A stretch of 63,729 bases of DNA, filler included, from Reclinomonas americana ATCC 50394 (taxonomy: Eukaryota), in the NCBI GenBank assembly GCA_048213135.1. It is 27 parts of 27 records of this genome, joined end to end, with 100 filler letters (N's around TTAATTAATTAA, not from the genome) between each part and the next. Parts side by side here need not be neighbours in the genome. Positions count along the whole stretch, not along the records: positions 47,609 to 50,027 come from AFZH01024897.1; positions 50,128 to 52,547 come from AFZH01024898.1; positions 52,648 to 55,065 come from AFZH01024899.1; positions 55,166 to 57,581 come from AFZH01024900.1; positions 57,682 to 60,096 come from AFZH01024901.1; positions 60,197 to 62,606 come from AFZH01024903.1; positions 62,707 to 63,729 come from AFZH01024930.1; 20 more parts are not named here. One strand, given 5' to 3'. How positions within the stretch are numbered: the stretch's first letter is position 1; every line of letters begins with the position of its first letter. The notes beneath the pieces are model-generated. The model ran no database searches and had not been told where the DNA came from. It saw nothing but the letters and a program-made list of their open reading frames with translations. Shown one piece after another: positions 48,541-63,729 of the stretch. Position numbers and translations under genes: made by a program.

Positions 48541-50027
48541 CTCAAGCATGGCAGTTGCCCAGATCTCGCCCGCATTGTGGACCTCCGAATTCGATGCACC
48601 GTTGCTCGCATTTGGGCCAATGGGCACCGGCGGGGTGAACTGGAACGGCACGTTGTCGGAGATATACTTGAAGGTCAGTGGGTTCCTGCTCTTGTCGACC
48701 GAGTATGGGAGACGTCGGATGCCAAAGTACGCGTCATTGAAAGCGTAGATGGCGGTGGCATAGGTGCCGTCCAAATTGTCGCCCTCACTCACCACCTGGT
48801 GCAGCGACACAAAGTCTCCGATGCCCTCCGACATGGAAGCACACTGGTTGCTGCTGCACTGCGCAAGGCGGTGATGGAGATAGTGGCCCCACTCGTGCAT
48901 GCAGATCGTATCCAGCGTTCCAGCGTGCCGTTTCGACGACACCAAAGCGCCAGTCACGGTTCCGTTGCTGCCGATGTTGGCAACAAGTGCATCGCCATCC
49001 GACTTGCCGATCGACGCCGTTGGGATGGTCACCGACCCCGCTGGCAGCGACGAGTCCATGCCCATACTATTCGCAACATCGGCGGTATTGATGATCAGCA
49101 CGCCGACGGCACCCGCTTGCTGGGCACGGAGAGCCTTGCTCTGGAAAGTGCATCCGCCTCGCCGGATCAGCGCGATTGCTCCAGTCACATTATCCGTAAT
49201 GGCGGTGCACGCACTGGGATCCGCCGTCACCACCACAATCGGCGCAGACACCTATGTAGCGCGTAGCGTGTGAGAGTGGCATCGACAGGGGAAAACAAGC
49301 AACTACAACGAACCGAAAACAAAACAGGACCAAAGGCCGCCGAGCCAGTCGCGTACGACACACCGGGCGGCGTCACCACCAAGCGGCCAGTCTCACCAGA
49401 GTCCCACAGATACATTTGCATGCGTGGGCGCATGCCGTCAGACGGAGTCGACATGTTGGCGTTGTCCAAACCGCCGAAGTCCTGCGCCTCCGCCTTCATC
49501 GAGTCACCACCCACGCCACCGCGTCCATAATTGTTGTCCTGCGCATTGCCGGCCGCCTCGTCGAACCCAGAGTCGTACCAGTAGTCGTGCAGATAATTGG
49601 TGGTGTAAAACAGCTGCGTCACCTCGGCCAAGGTCTGGCTCTGCGACGCCTGCGCATCTTTCGTCACGTCGTAGACATAGTCAAAGGTGTTAGGCGAAGT
49701 GGGGGCAGCGCGCAGATCGCCGGGACTGAACCCATCAGGAACGACCAGGTCGGCGTACGCATCCACATTGTTACCGCGCGTCTCGGTGGCGCCCGACGGC
49801 AGCCACGGGTCGTTAAACTTGTTGAACGAGTCCATTGACACCAGCGACGGCGGCACAAAAGCCGGGAACAGGCCGTCTGGCATGCCGGTGGGGTGCGGAG
49901 TCCAGTCCTCCGTGGGGCCGTCGGCCGGCACCTTGTCGCCGTCGGTACGCGCCCACACGCGGTAGTTGAAGGCCTCGTTGACGGTGAGGTTGGCCGACTC
50001 GAGCACATTCCACGAGTCGCTAGCGAC
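48541..50027 (-). CDS. M36 (fungalysin-like) metallopeptidase with inserted PA domain, internal fragment with spliceosomal introns
   Basis: TRGNNVDAYAD, QLFYTTNYLHD..GFDEAAGNAQ, NANMSTPSDG.RPRMQMYLW, PA domain IALIRRGGCTF, HEWGH, MSEGIGDF, GIRRLPYS, EVHNAGEIWA; 62-nt intron 49313-49252 and a GTGAGC donor at 48540. Confidence 0.92.
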
Positions 50028-50372
50028 NNNNNNNNNNNNNNNNNNNNNNNNNNNNNNNNNNNNNNNNNNNNTTAATTAATTAANNNNNNNNNNNNNNNNN
50101 NNNNNNNNNNNNNNNNNNNNNNNNNNNTCGTGCTCAACAGAGCCCGGCAGGCTGTTGGCGAATGTCCAGGTCGGGGTGAACACGATGCCAGCGTCTTCGT
50201 CCTTGACGCCTGCTGACGAACGACATCCCATGGTCGCTCACAGCACGGAGTGCGCTCACACGCTTTGATGGAACGAAGAGGAGTGAGGCGCGTGCCTCGC
50301 GGGACACGACGTCTTAATTTCTTGCACTTTACTTGCTCACATGCTACTTGTTGCTTCTGCTGGCGTTTGCCC

Positions 50373-51940
50373 TCAGAGTCTGGCCTGGGCGACAAACTGC
50401 TCGAATACTCTGACAAACTGCGACGACATCCACGTGGTATTGTGCATGCCACCCGGGATACTGGCAAACGTGATGGTGTTGCGGTCCGGAGGCACAGCGT
50501 CGGCCAGCTGGTGTGCGAAACGAACAGGATTTAGCGGGAGAGGAGGTAAAATGACAGGAAGGGAGAGGGCTGTACCTTGCGCATCCAAGCCGGATCCAAC
50601 ATCTCGTCCTTATCGCCAGACACAAACAACACTCGCAGTCCTCGAAACGCTGCGCCACATGATGAGTGCAGGGCACAACAGGTGGCTCACAAGAGAGGAA
50701 AGTGCGCAACTCTTGGCCGCCGCCAGGCTGTTCCATTTCTGTGGGCACACACAAAACACAATGAGCCACGAGAAATGTGAATCACACGACGAGCCACGCA
50801 ACGCTGCGCAGGATGAGCGGAGCCGCAATGGGGATCAGCGTCCACTTGGGGTAAAAGTGGTCAATCACTTCGCGCACATTGGTGAACGTGTTTTCGACAA
50901 TGAGGCCGCCCGTGATCTGGTCACGAGTGAGGCGGCGCAAAGAAGAGAGCACACATACTCCTCCTCCCTCACCTTGTCTCCGTGAGAGGCGGCCAGCGCA
51001 ATACTGACAGCACCGCCCAACGACTGTCCATAAACAAACAGAGGACCCTCGCGAATGGCACGAACTGGGTGATTCTTCAAGTACTCCAGCCCGGCCTGCG
51101 CGTCCAGCTTGAGGCCCCACTCCGACGCCTTGCCCTCGCTGAGTCCATACCCCTGCAGCAGGCGACACACTCACAGTAGTCAATGACGAGGAGCGACAAA
51201 TGCAGAGGCAAGAGCGCGCTCGCAACTCGGTACTCGAGCGCCAAGATCACGGCGTCGGAGGTGGCCTCCAGCAGCGTACGCATCTGCTCACACCGATGCG
51301 ACACATCTTGCACCACGGAAGAGTGAGCGCAGCCGAAGGAGCGGGGAGGGCGGAGGGCGGAGGAGAGGCGACGCAACTACCGGCGTTGCCATGCAACATG
51401 AGAATAACAGGACGCGCGGCATTGCTCTCCGACGGGTGCTGCCCACGCCACACGAGCCACGAATGCAACGCCACTCCATCCTCCGTCTGCAGCGTCACAT
51501 CCTCGTGCTCCAGTCCAAACACCGTCGGCACCATGTCGTGTCGCTGGTCTTTCGTGAGACACACACACACACACGCACACAGGAGGGAAACAAGGAAAGA
51601 CGCACCGAGCGACTTCCTGGCGGGAAGTACGACGGGTAAATGAACTTTTCCTGCACAGTCAACGCGCGCATGTGTGAGTGGCACAGGGAAGATATAATGT
51701 GTGTGCATGCGTGCACGTGCGTGTGTGTAACACAACAGCAACCTGAAAGATCCACAGCAGCGAGAGCTTTGCGGCATAGAAGAGCACCGGCGTGCCCAGC
51801 AGCACCGTCCACCACGACAACTTCACCAGCGGCATCCAACTCCACAGCCACGCAAACAGGCCGCCTCCACCTGCTCCACTCTTGACCACTGCTTCCGCAA
51901 TACCCTCGCCAGGTCCACCAGCAACGTACGCTGCGTCCAT
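50373..51940 (-). CDS. ABHD13/BEM46-like alpha/beta hydrolase, multi-exon
   Basis: FQ|EKFIYPS, LHGNAG|NVSHR, EYR|GYGLSEG, YGQSLGGAV, IVENTFT, LFVSGDKDE, GGMHNTTW. Confidence 0.9.
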
Positions 51941-52647
51941 CACACACACAGAACAAGAGGCTTGAGGTGTGGGTCAGTCGCCTCGCAACTTGAGACAGAC
52001 GCAGAGAGAGAGACAGGGAGCGCGCGCGCTCACTCACCGACAAACAAACAAAGAGCGAGGACAATCCACCTGACGCAATGCTATTCTCAGCGCGCGCAGT
52101 GGTGGGCAGCCGCGCGTCCTTGGGCCTATGGCGGTGCATGTCGGGAGCTGGTGCTCCTCCGCCTCCTGCCTCGTCTTCTGCTTCTCGCTCCAGTGATCCG
52201 GTGCATTCGGCCTCGTTTGTTGCAGCTCCCGCGCCCAAGAAGCAATCGACGCAGGTGGCGCGCATGATTGCCGGCTGGGAGAAGCGCTTGGGCGGTGACA
52301 GTCATCGTTTCCCTGACTGGTGTGTGTGTGCTCTTTGCATGTGCCAACTAACAATGCCGCTCACTGTCTGCATTGCTTGCATGTAAAGGGTTGATCAATG
52401 GAACCGGTTTGTGTCGGGCTTCCTTGTCTTGTCTCGTCTCGTCCCTCCTGCTTATGTTGTTGGCATGCAGCACGATGTTTGTTGGTGTTGGGTCGGTGGC
52501 GACTGTGGTTTCTGCGGTGACCATGTATCATTTGGGAGTGGCGTCGCNNNNNNNNNNNNNNNNNNNNNNNNNNNNNNNNNNNNNNNNNNNNTTAATTAAT
52601 TAANNNNNNNNNNNNNNNNNNNNNNNNNNNNNNNNNNNNNNNNNNNN

Positions 52648-54948
52648 TGTGTGTGTTTCCACGTTTGTTGTGTCTCATGAGCTCGCGCATCAGGGATTCG
52701 GTCAAGGAGGACGACCTGAACAAGGTGATGCCGTCGGCAGTCGCACCGCCCACTCCATTCCTCGCGGGTGGTGACGCGGCGAATCCGTTTGTGGAGAAGA
52801 CGCCGTCGGTGTCGGCACGACAGCGTTGCGTCACTGCGCTTGATGTGTGTGTGTGCGTGTGCGCGCGCTTGCAAAGCTGCTGACGTGTGAATGTGTCCGT
52901 CAGAGCGTGACATGCGCATCGCCGAGGGCTTGGAGCGAATCCAAGTTGACTTTGTGTGGGACGCGCTGGAGAGATGTTTGACGCTGTTGGATCCGCAGAC
53001 GGAGGACGCCACGTGGAATGCGATGAGCACGATCGTGCCGGTAATTGAGGCATTCGTGGTGTACCACGCCGTCGGCGACTTCACGCTCGGTGCACGCACA
53101 CCCATGCCAGTGGTGCAGTCGCAGCAGTCTGCTGCCGCCATGTTTGGCTTCCCAGCGGCTTCGCCGCTGGTTCGATCGCAGTCGCTGGGCCTCGGCTCGG
53201 GTGACCGTGTGGTGTCGAGTCTGGTGGTGTTCTTGGAGCGCCATCAGAAGACTGTGAACGCCATGATCAAGCGCAACCCGGCGCTGCTCAGCACGTCGCT
53301 GTCGTGCCTGCTCAAGATGCCGCGGTATCTCAGCTTCGACAACAAGCAAGCCTACTTCCGTGACGGCATTCACAAGCTGGTGGGAGTTCCTTTCTCTCTT
53401 TTTTGTCTCACGTCATCGTCTCACTTGGTTTGCGTACCCACAGCAACGGAGCGGCTACGGTGGCGTGCAAATCATGGTGCGACGCGCGCACATTTTCGAG
53501 GATTCGTTCATGCAGTTGAGGCGGCGCTCGAAGGAGGAGTTGCGCGGTGGCATCCATGTGCAGTTTGAGGGCGAGCCCGGCATCGACGCTGGTGGTACGT
53601 GTGTACCCTCTGCCAGGGATAAAAAGAAGGGAGAAAGAACTTGACGCCTCGTTTGATGTCACAGGTCTCACTCGCGAGTGGTTCGAGTGCCTGGCGCGCG
53701 AAATGTTCAACCCGATGTACGCACTGTTCATCATGTCACAAGGCGACAACACGTACCAGCCGAATCCAATGTCGCGCGTCAACATTGAGCATTTGGATTA
53801 CTTCAAGTTCATCGGTCGCACAATTGGCATGGCCCTGGTGTGTTACCGCCCTCGCATCACGTGTGACAGGCGTCGACTCACGTGGCTTCCTCGCAGCTTT
53901 CCGGCCACCACATGGACGCCCACTTTACTCGATCACTGTACAAGGTTTGTGTGCACGCATCATCGAACCGTGCTGAGGTGCGGTGGTGCTGATGCTTTTT
54001 TGGCGTCGCGTGCAGCACTTGTTGGGCATTCCGATCACCTTCCACGACCTCGAGTCCATTGATCCGGACCTGTACAAGAGCATCAAGTGGATTCTGCAAA
54101 ACGACTCCTCCACTCTCGGCCTCACCTTCCAGCTGCAGCACGAGGAGTTTGGCGAGACGCACTTGGTCGACTTGAAGCCTGGCGGTGAGCACATTCCACT
54201 GACGGATGAAAACAAGGCCGAGTACGTGCAGCTCTTCTGCGAAGTCAAGATGACCACTGTTGCGTGGTCGCATTCTTGGATCCCGCCGCGTGCCTGCCGC
54301 TCATCCCTTGTCTGCTGCACAGGGCATCAAGTCGCAGCTGAAGAACCTGATGCAGGGCCTGTATGAGGTTGTCCCTCGGCAGTACCTGTCCATCTTCACC
54401 GAGCAAGAGTTGGAGCTGCTCATTAGCGGTGTGCCCGAGATTGATGTCGATGACTGGCAGTTGCGTAGACTAGGCTCTCTCTCTCTCTCTCTCTCTCCAC
54501 CACTCCGACTCACAACTCTGCTTGCAGGAGGAATTCCATCTACACGGGTTACACGGCAGGCTCGCCGCAAGTGGAGTGGTTCTGGCGTGCCGTGCGCGAG
54601 TTCTCACAAGAGGAGCGCGCGCTGCTACTGCAGTTCATCACTGGCACCTCCAAGGTCCCGCTGCAAGGATTCTCGCACCTGCAGGGCATGCACGGCAACA
54701 TTCAGCCGTTCGGCATTACTCGCGTGGGCGGCAGCCAGGAGCGCCTGCCCTCGGCCCACACGTGGTACGTTCGAGTCTTCTCTGCCTCTTGTTTACTCGC
54801 TGTTGTTCGTTCCAGCTGACGCGTGATGTGCGTGTGCGGCTGCAGTTTCAATCAGCTCGACTTGCCCGAGTACGACTCGTATGAGCAGCTGAAGGAGCGA
54901 ATCATTGTGGCGTGCAAGTTTGGCAGCGAAGGCTTTGGCTTTGCATAG
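52648..54948 (+). CDS. HECT E3 ubiquitin ligase (HUWE1/TOM1/UPL1 type), C-terminal exons
   Basis: [90 protein letters not shown]. Confidence 0.95.
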
Positions 54949-55165
54949 TCGGCGCAACAGATGGAGAGCGGTTGTGTGTATGAAGAGAAAAAATCCTGTT
55001 TGGCAAGCAATATCCAATTTTTTGCAGTTGTGTTTCATGTACAGCAGACAAAAGACGAGAGGCACNNNNNNNNNNNNNNNNNNNNNNNNNNNNNNNNNNN
55101 NNNNNNNNNTTAATTAATTAANNNNNNNNNNNNNNNNNNNNNNNNNNNNNNNNNNNNNNNNNNNN

Positions 55166-57440
55166 CCACTTTCCGGCTTCTTCACGGGCCTCTCAAAGTG
55201 CAGCGGTGCCGTCGAGTTGAAGCCAGGTGAGCGTCGGTTCTGTTTGTCGACGGAGGGGAGGGTAGGATCACGGAATGAGCATGATGGGGACTGCATGTTG
55301 CACGCGCGGTGGACGCAACGAATGACTGGCGCGGCTTCTTGATCGGCTCCTCGTACTGAATCGGCGCATCGAGACTGGCGGGTTTCATGGCCAGCGACTC
55401 GTGAGCAGGGCCGGTGCGCACAAATGGACCCGTGCCGTTGCGATTCTGCACGACGACGTGTTAGGCAGTGCTGCATAGAAAGAGAGGAGAGAGAGAGTGC
55501 AGAGCGGAGTCACGAAACGAATGACTTGGGCTGCAGTGCCGGCACAGGTTGCAGAGGGTCGAGGTAGCTGACAGCATCGGCAGTGTCCGGCTGTGTAGCA
55601 GCGGTGAGCATCGAGCCAGTGGCAAAGTGAAAAAGCAGCATTGCACTGAGAACGGAACCTTCGGCTGCACTTCGTGAGCCAACTTGCCGCTGGTGCCGAA
55701 TGCAACGGGTTTCCGTGCCTGTCATAAATGCATGTGAGTGACAACGACGAGAGCTGCCGTGCATCATGGAAAACACGCAACAAAAGTCTTGGTGCGGAAC
55801 GTTGAGCCATCAGTGTATCCTGCATAGGGCACGCGCGCACAGTGAGCACCAACAACAAAAAAACCACGCCACTACACCGGCAAAAAAACCACACAAACCA
55901 ATAATGTCGCCACTCTCCGGCTTGGCCGACTGCCGCTCGTGTGCCATGGGACCGGTACCACCAAAGCCCACAAGCTTGCGGTTGAACGACTTGCGACCAA
56001 ACGATGACTGATCCGTGTAACCAATAATGTCGCCCTATGAACGCACACATTTTTTTAGGTCGAAGTTGCATGTCACACAGCGACGCAATGCCATGTACCG
56101 TCTCGGGACGCGCAGTGGGCCTTTGTGCGGCAGTTGGTGACGAGGTACCGAATCCCACACCCTTGCGGTTCTGTGGAAAGAATGCAACAATCAGCACGCC
56201 AACACGGGGGAAAAACGACATGCAGGCAGTCACGACGCGAGAGAGGCATTTACATCAAACAAGAGCACGCAAGGAAGCACAAAGTAGGGGGAATACACAA
56301 CGCAACGAGTCCACCAGAGTTGTCAGACGCAACGTAGGTCTTCTTGCCGAGAGTGGTGTGCTCCGATCCAATGTACGCCACCACATCAGCAACGGGCTTG
56401 CGGGTGGGCGCGAGACGATCGCCCGATGCTCCAAACGGTGCAGCCTTGGCGCTCTGCGGGTGGTAAAGAGCAGGAGCGTAAGGGGGCGAGTGGAGGAAGG
56501 AAGATGGTAATGAGAGCGCACGCAACATTGCCCTTGGTCTTTGGTGGCGAAATAATGTCGCCGTATCCCAACGCATCACCGCTCTCCGGCTTGGCTGTCG
56601 GCCGCACATGCGCCGGGCCCGAGGAACCAAACGCCGCCCTCACATTGGGATTCGACTGCATGCGACAGCCAGTCAGTCAGCAGCACAACTCGAGACGACG
56701 CCCCATCACAGGCGCATGCACACGCAACGTGTGTCTTGGTCTTGAACGTCGATCCATCCGTGTACCCAACCTGATCGCCACTCGGCGGTGGCGCCACCTC
56801 CCGCTCGTGCACCAGCTTGGCCGAGGACGCAAAAGGCACCGCTCGACGCATCTGCACTCACCACCAATCAGTACATGAAAGCGCATTGGTGTGCACTGCA
56901 AACACCCACGCAACAAAGGTCTTCTTCACAAACGTCGAGCCGTTGGCCAGCGGGTCCACGTAGCTGCACGCGAGAGAGTGTGAGAACGAGCGCGCGAAAA
57001 TAAGTGACTCTCACACACACACACGCACCCAATGGCCTCGGTGACTGCCTTGCGCGCAGGCATGTCGTGTGCCTTGCCACTGGAGCCAAATGCCGGTTGT
57101 CGCACGTTCTACAGAGAGAGAGAGAGACAGAGAGTGTTGTGAGTGAGAAAACCAAAATGAAGTCCGAAGCACTTGACACACACACACACATGAGACACGC
57201 AACATAGGATCGCTTAATGTATGACGACTTGCAGTAGTCAGAGTAGTGGTGTGCGGAGGAGGGACGTGCCGAAGCAGAGGCGCCACCGCTCGAGGCGGGT
57301 CGCGCGCCCTTTTGCTGTTGCGCCGACAATGGCCGGCCATGTGTTCGCGAGTGCACGCCCGACACACTGGCGCCGTTGCCGTTGGAGGCTGCAGAGGTGT
57401 CGGTGCCGGCGGCGGCCGCAGAAGAGGCGTGGTTGTCCAT
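55166..57440 (-). CDS. Protein with about 9-10 tandem ~40-aa repeats (K[ST]F-N..FG[ST]SG.AH...KP.SG..[IV]GY), 3' partial
   Basis: Spliced exons such as NVRQPAFGSSGKAHDMPARKAVTEAIG, SNPNVRAAFGSSGPAHVRPTAKPESGDALGY, NRKLVGFGGTGPMAHERQSAKPESGDIIG; introns recur at the same repeat position. Confidence 0.7.
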
Positions 57441-57681
57441 CGTGCTGGCTGCTGTGTGGTGACGTGCGCGTTACGTTGCGTGTGTGCAAAATAAAATTGA
57501 GACACTTGGCCGTTGATTGGTTGGCTCGTCAATGACATATCGAAATTGCATGTGGCCATGCCGGAGACAGAGCGGTGGGTGNNNNNNNNNNNNNNNNNNN
57601 NNNNNNNNNNNNNNNNNNNNNNNNNTTAATTAATTAANNNNNNNNNNNNNNNNNNNNNNNNNNNNNNNNNNNNNNNNNNNN

Positions 57682-60025
57682 GAGCCTGTTCCACCTCGAC
57701 CCGCCATGAGCATCAACTCCCTCCGAGTCACGCATGTGAGTCGGATGGAGAGGCAACACCACACGATTCAGAAAGAGAGCAACGAGGCATCGCAGATCGT
57801 GAGTGGGTACGTCACACCAGTTATCTGGGCACGCACACACATGCGGGAAACGAGTGCGCAGGGCAAGTGCACTCCCTCCCTCCTCGTGGCGTGTGTGGCG
57901 AGAAGGGCGGCCCTCTGAATCGATTCCTGACGCGCTCTCCATGTTCATGCGGTGCCAGTGTGAGAAGGGGAGGCGGGTAATGATGCCCGCTGCTTCAACG
58001 CAGCGTTCGAATGACAGGGCGACATGAAGGCACAAGCACAAGGCGTGTGTTTGGGTGGGAGAGCGAGGACTCGGCCAACGCCGAGCAGCACGCGTGTCTG
58101 TTCATTCCATGGCCTCATCTCAACCACCCACACACACACGCCTCGCACTCGGCATGCTCTTCTTGCAATCCCACTGCACTGTGCTGTGCTGTATCTGCTT
58201 TCCGGCTGCCTGCACTTGGCAAGGCAGTGGAGAAGCACGTGTGAGGCAGTGCGGCAGCCAACGTGAGAGAGTTGCGCAATGACAACAATCGGTAATCGTG
58301 TATACGTACTCATTGAGCTCACTCCGTCCAGCACCATCCAGGCGCACGGCGTTCAATCACCTCTGCATCCTCCAGAACAAAACACCGCAGCACGACATCG
58401 ACGAGGATCCAGTCACGATCATCTTCGTCGACAAGCACCTCGTTGACAGCCAGCACGGCTGATCGTGCGGCCACAACCTCTTGTCCCGCCAGCCCACGCG
58501 GCGTGAACCACACACGGATCGTTTTATCCGCACTCCCACTCACGATGTGCTGGCCATCGGGAGTAACGACGACAGAGTATACCCATCCAGTGTGTTCCCT
58601 CCAACCGTCCAACACTGCGCAACAGGAACAAAAGGAAAGAAAGAAGAAACAATCAGAGAGAGTGGGTTGTGAAGCAAGAAGACAGACATCGGCGAACGGG
58701 ATGCAATGAGGGGAATGAGAGAGGAGTAGCGTGCTGCAATTACGTGGGCGCAAAAGGAAGAGAAGAGAGGGTAGGCACAAATCGGAATGGGGAGAAAGAG
58801 GATAGCAAGCGAGGAACGCGGCACAGTGACGAGCAAGCATCCCTCAATCGACACGAAGCAGAACAATGCGAGACGAGAAGAAAGAGAGAGTGGGCGCACG
58901 GAGGCATGAACGATGCAAGTGCATGACATGAAGGAAGGAGAAAAAGGGCGGATCTTGAGAAGCGGACGATGAAGACAGCAGGGAGGCATTGGAAGGGAGG
59001 CCATTGAAGAGCGATCAGCTGACACAGGAGGGACCGAGACGAGGTGAGGAAAAGGAGAGTGAGAAGAGACGTGAAGGATGCAAGTGACAAGAGATCAAGG
59101 AAGGAGAAAAGGGACCGAAAAGGGAAGTCCTTGAAGCACAGAGAGGTGAGGAGAAGGATAAGCAGAGTGGACAGAGGCGTGACGGATGCAAGTGAAAAAA
59201 TCAAGGAAGGAGAGGGACCGAAAAGGGAAGTTCTTGAAGCACAGACAGGTGAAGGAGAAGGAGAGTGGGAAGAGACGAGAACGATGCAAGTGAAAAGAGA
59301 CCAAGGAAAAGCAACAAGGGCGGCTCACGGGAAGGGGACAATGGAGAGAAGAAAGGCCAAGAAAGGAAGGCAATAGAAGACACAAGAAAGAGCGAAACGA
59401 GACGAGACGAGGTGAGGAAAAGGAGAGTGGGAGGAGGCGTGAAGGATGCAAGTGAATGTGACCAATGCGAGGGATGATGGAGGTGAGGAAGAACGAGAGA
59501 CAAAAGAAACGTGAATCGCTCACCTGCTGAGCAAGTGAGACACAAGAACACAGTCGGCGTAGCGTGTACTCGCACCGCGTCACGGGTGCCGCACAAGGCG
59601 GGCAAGGAGAGATCTGAATGCGATGCTGGAGCGCGCCATTGCGAGGCACATGCACACATCTCGTCGCCACGGCACTCCGTCTCGCATAACACAAAGGACA
59701 GATGGTGCATGGCAGGCCTCACTCCCCTGCGACATGAGAGCGCATGTGTGAGCAAAGAAAAAAAACACAGCAGCCGGCACTCGTGTTGCACCACCACTAG
59801 CACACACCGATCGACAGAAAATGCGTGTGGGCATTGGAGCAGTCAAGGAACACCGCGGCAAGTGACAGGATGCCGCCCAGCAGCACCTGCTGCAGCAGAG
59901 CATGTGGACCAGGCGAGTCGAAATGCGTCCCACATCTGTCGCAGAAGTGGCATCACGGGTGTCAGGGCATGACCATGCTGGTCGCCCTCCCTTCAACCTC
60001 AAATCGTACACGATCCTCTTCTCTC
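57682..60025 (-). repeat. Dispersed ~2.3 kb unit, diverged copy B (see 40-2283)
   Basis: Colinear inverted homology with the first contig; one extra internal CACTTGCA-cored subunit. Confidence 0.85.
58319..58614 (-). pseudogene. WD40 fragment plus family tail, with a +1 frameshift
   Basis: gtt gga cgg ttg gag gga (a) cac act gga tgg reads VGRLEG/HTGW with one extra A; then VYSVVVTPDGQHIVSGSADKTIRVW and the same tail. Confidence 0.6.
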
Positions 60026-60259
60026 TCCACTCCTCTCACCGCTCCCGTCAACTCACCCCGCACGTGTGTATCGTCGAACGCCACCAGCATCACCAGNNNN
60101 NNNNNNNNNNNNNNNNNNNNNNNNNNNNNNNNNNNNNNNNTTAATTAATTAANNNNNNNNNNNNNNNNNNNNNNNNNNNNNNNNNNNNNNNNNNNNTATG
60201 CACTCTTCCGTCCTCTCTCTCTCTCTCTTTCTCATTCCTCACCACCACTCGCCTCCGCG

Positions 60260-62606
<2,347 letters not shown>

Positions 62607-63729
62607 NNNNNNNNNNNNNNNNNNNNNNNNNNNNNNNNNNNNNNNNNNNNTTAATTAATTAANNNNNNNNNNNNNNNNNNNNNNNNNNNNNNNNNNNNNN
62701 NNNNNNAAGTCCATGCTTTTTGTAAGTGCCAGCAATAATAAATGAAATCAACCAAAAAGAAACGTAACAGAGATAACGATTTCTTTTCAGATTTCACCGT
62801 CACGAAATCAAGATCAGAACGAGAGTCACAAATTCTCCTACAATAAGGCAGCCTCAGTCATTTCATACTTTTTTGGCACTGAAAACGTGATTTCTTGGCT
62901 TCAAAGTGTTCACTCAGCGTGGTGATCACCAGGTAACATTGGTGCAAACACACACGCGAGGAACCTGCTGCGGCCTAAAGACTGGTGCCTGTGTTGATGA
63001 TTTGGATATGGTTGATGATAGAGGTCAGGTGGAGCGTACCAAAATGCCGTGATGGCTCAAACCTAGCGCATCTTGTAGCCCGTCGTCTCGCGCACAAGGT
63101 ACATAAAATGCAACCTTACCTAAGGACCGGAACCATGTGAAAAAAACGTTTCGGTTTTCGCGCCCATACTTTCAGACAAAAGTGGTCGTCCATTGTTTTC
63201 ATTGCCCTTCCGGTGCGGCGCACTCTGGCGAGCAGAATGGTATGCGTTGCGTGGAGCAGAGGTCACGGGAACATTTTTGTTTTCGCGGTGCCATGTGTGT
63301 TCGATCGGCGTAACGGTCGTGTCCGACAAGTGGCCACTCTGCGCAAAGTGCACGAAGGACTCGAGTGGTGAGGGAGCGGCGCAGTGCGTTGTGTAGACCG
63401 CACATTGGCGTGCACGGAGCACCTTTCGGTGCGGCAAGAACATGTGTGGATAACGAGTGGCGGCTGAAATGGCGGGAGACTTTCGCGTGTTGCTTTCGGA
63501 GGGGCATCTGGGCGTGCTGCATACCACAGTGGAGAGGAGCCTCTCCTGAACACAATGGTGCTAACCTCATAGGCAGGAGATGTCCAGAAGATGGTGAAGT
63601 CAAGGCGTTCCGATTCCGAACACCGGCACCCCCCAGAAAAAACAGTCTGCATTGTGGTGGGTGAAGTACTTTTATGGGCTCGCCTTGTAGCCCGCTGTCT
63701 CACGGTCATGGTGAACCCGCGGGAGCCTT

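Noticed and set aside
52078..52386. ORF divergent from ABHD13
   Set aside because: It may be a first exon, but there is no motif or downstream support in the contig.

Overview
This window is not contiguous genome. It is 27 short contigs, mostly about 2.4-2.5 kb and roughly size-sorted, joined by artificial 100-nt linkers (44 N + TTAATTAATTAA + 44 N), so adjacency across linkers has no meaning. Most contigs come from an intron-rich, microsatellite-rich eukaryote, probably a protist. Recognisable genes are Rab21, Rab4, RRP12, an MPP-alpha/UQCRC2-like subunit, a TAF1-like N-terminus, ABHD13/BEM46, a HUWE1/TOM1-type HECT ligase, FDX2, a dienelactone hydrolase, a GFA-domain protein and WD40 proteins. 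Three contig pairs are near-identical (haplotigs or recent duplicates). Four contigs are bacterial: a complete IS66, RidA + OpgG/D, proline dehydrogenase + GNAT, and a peptide ABC transporter. The most striking signal appears after splicing the genes by hand: 23 introns start with GTTGCG (3 more with GTTTCG), almost always after a non-G exon base, whereas ordinary donors read mostly G|GTGCGT or G|GTGAG. This suggests one donor motif used in two cleavage registers. Other leads are an intron-containing myxobacterial-type M36 peptidase, an intron-rich phage-fibre/spike-like gene, a repeat protein built roughly one exon per repeat, a WD40 family with an unassigned C-terminal tail, and a UBA + USP7-Ubl protein. 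All splice models are hand-inferred without transcript data.
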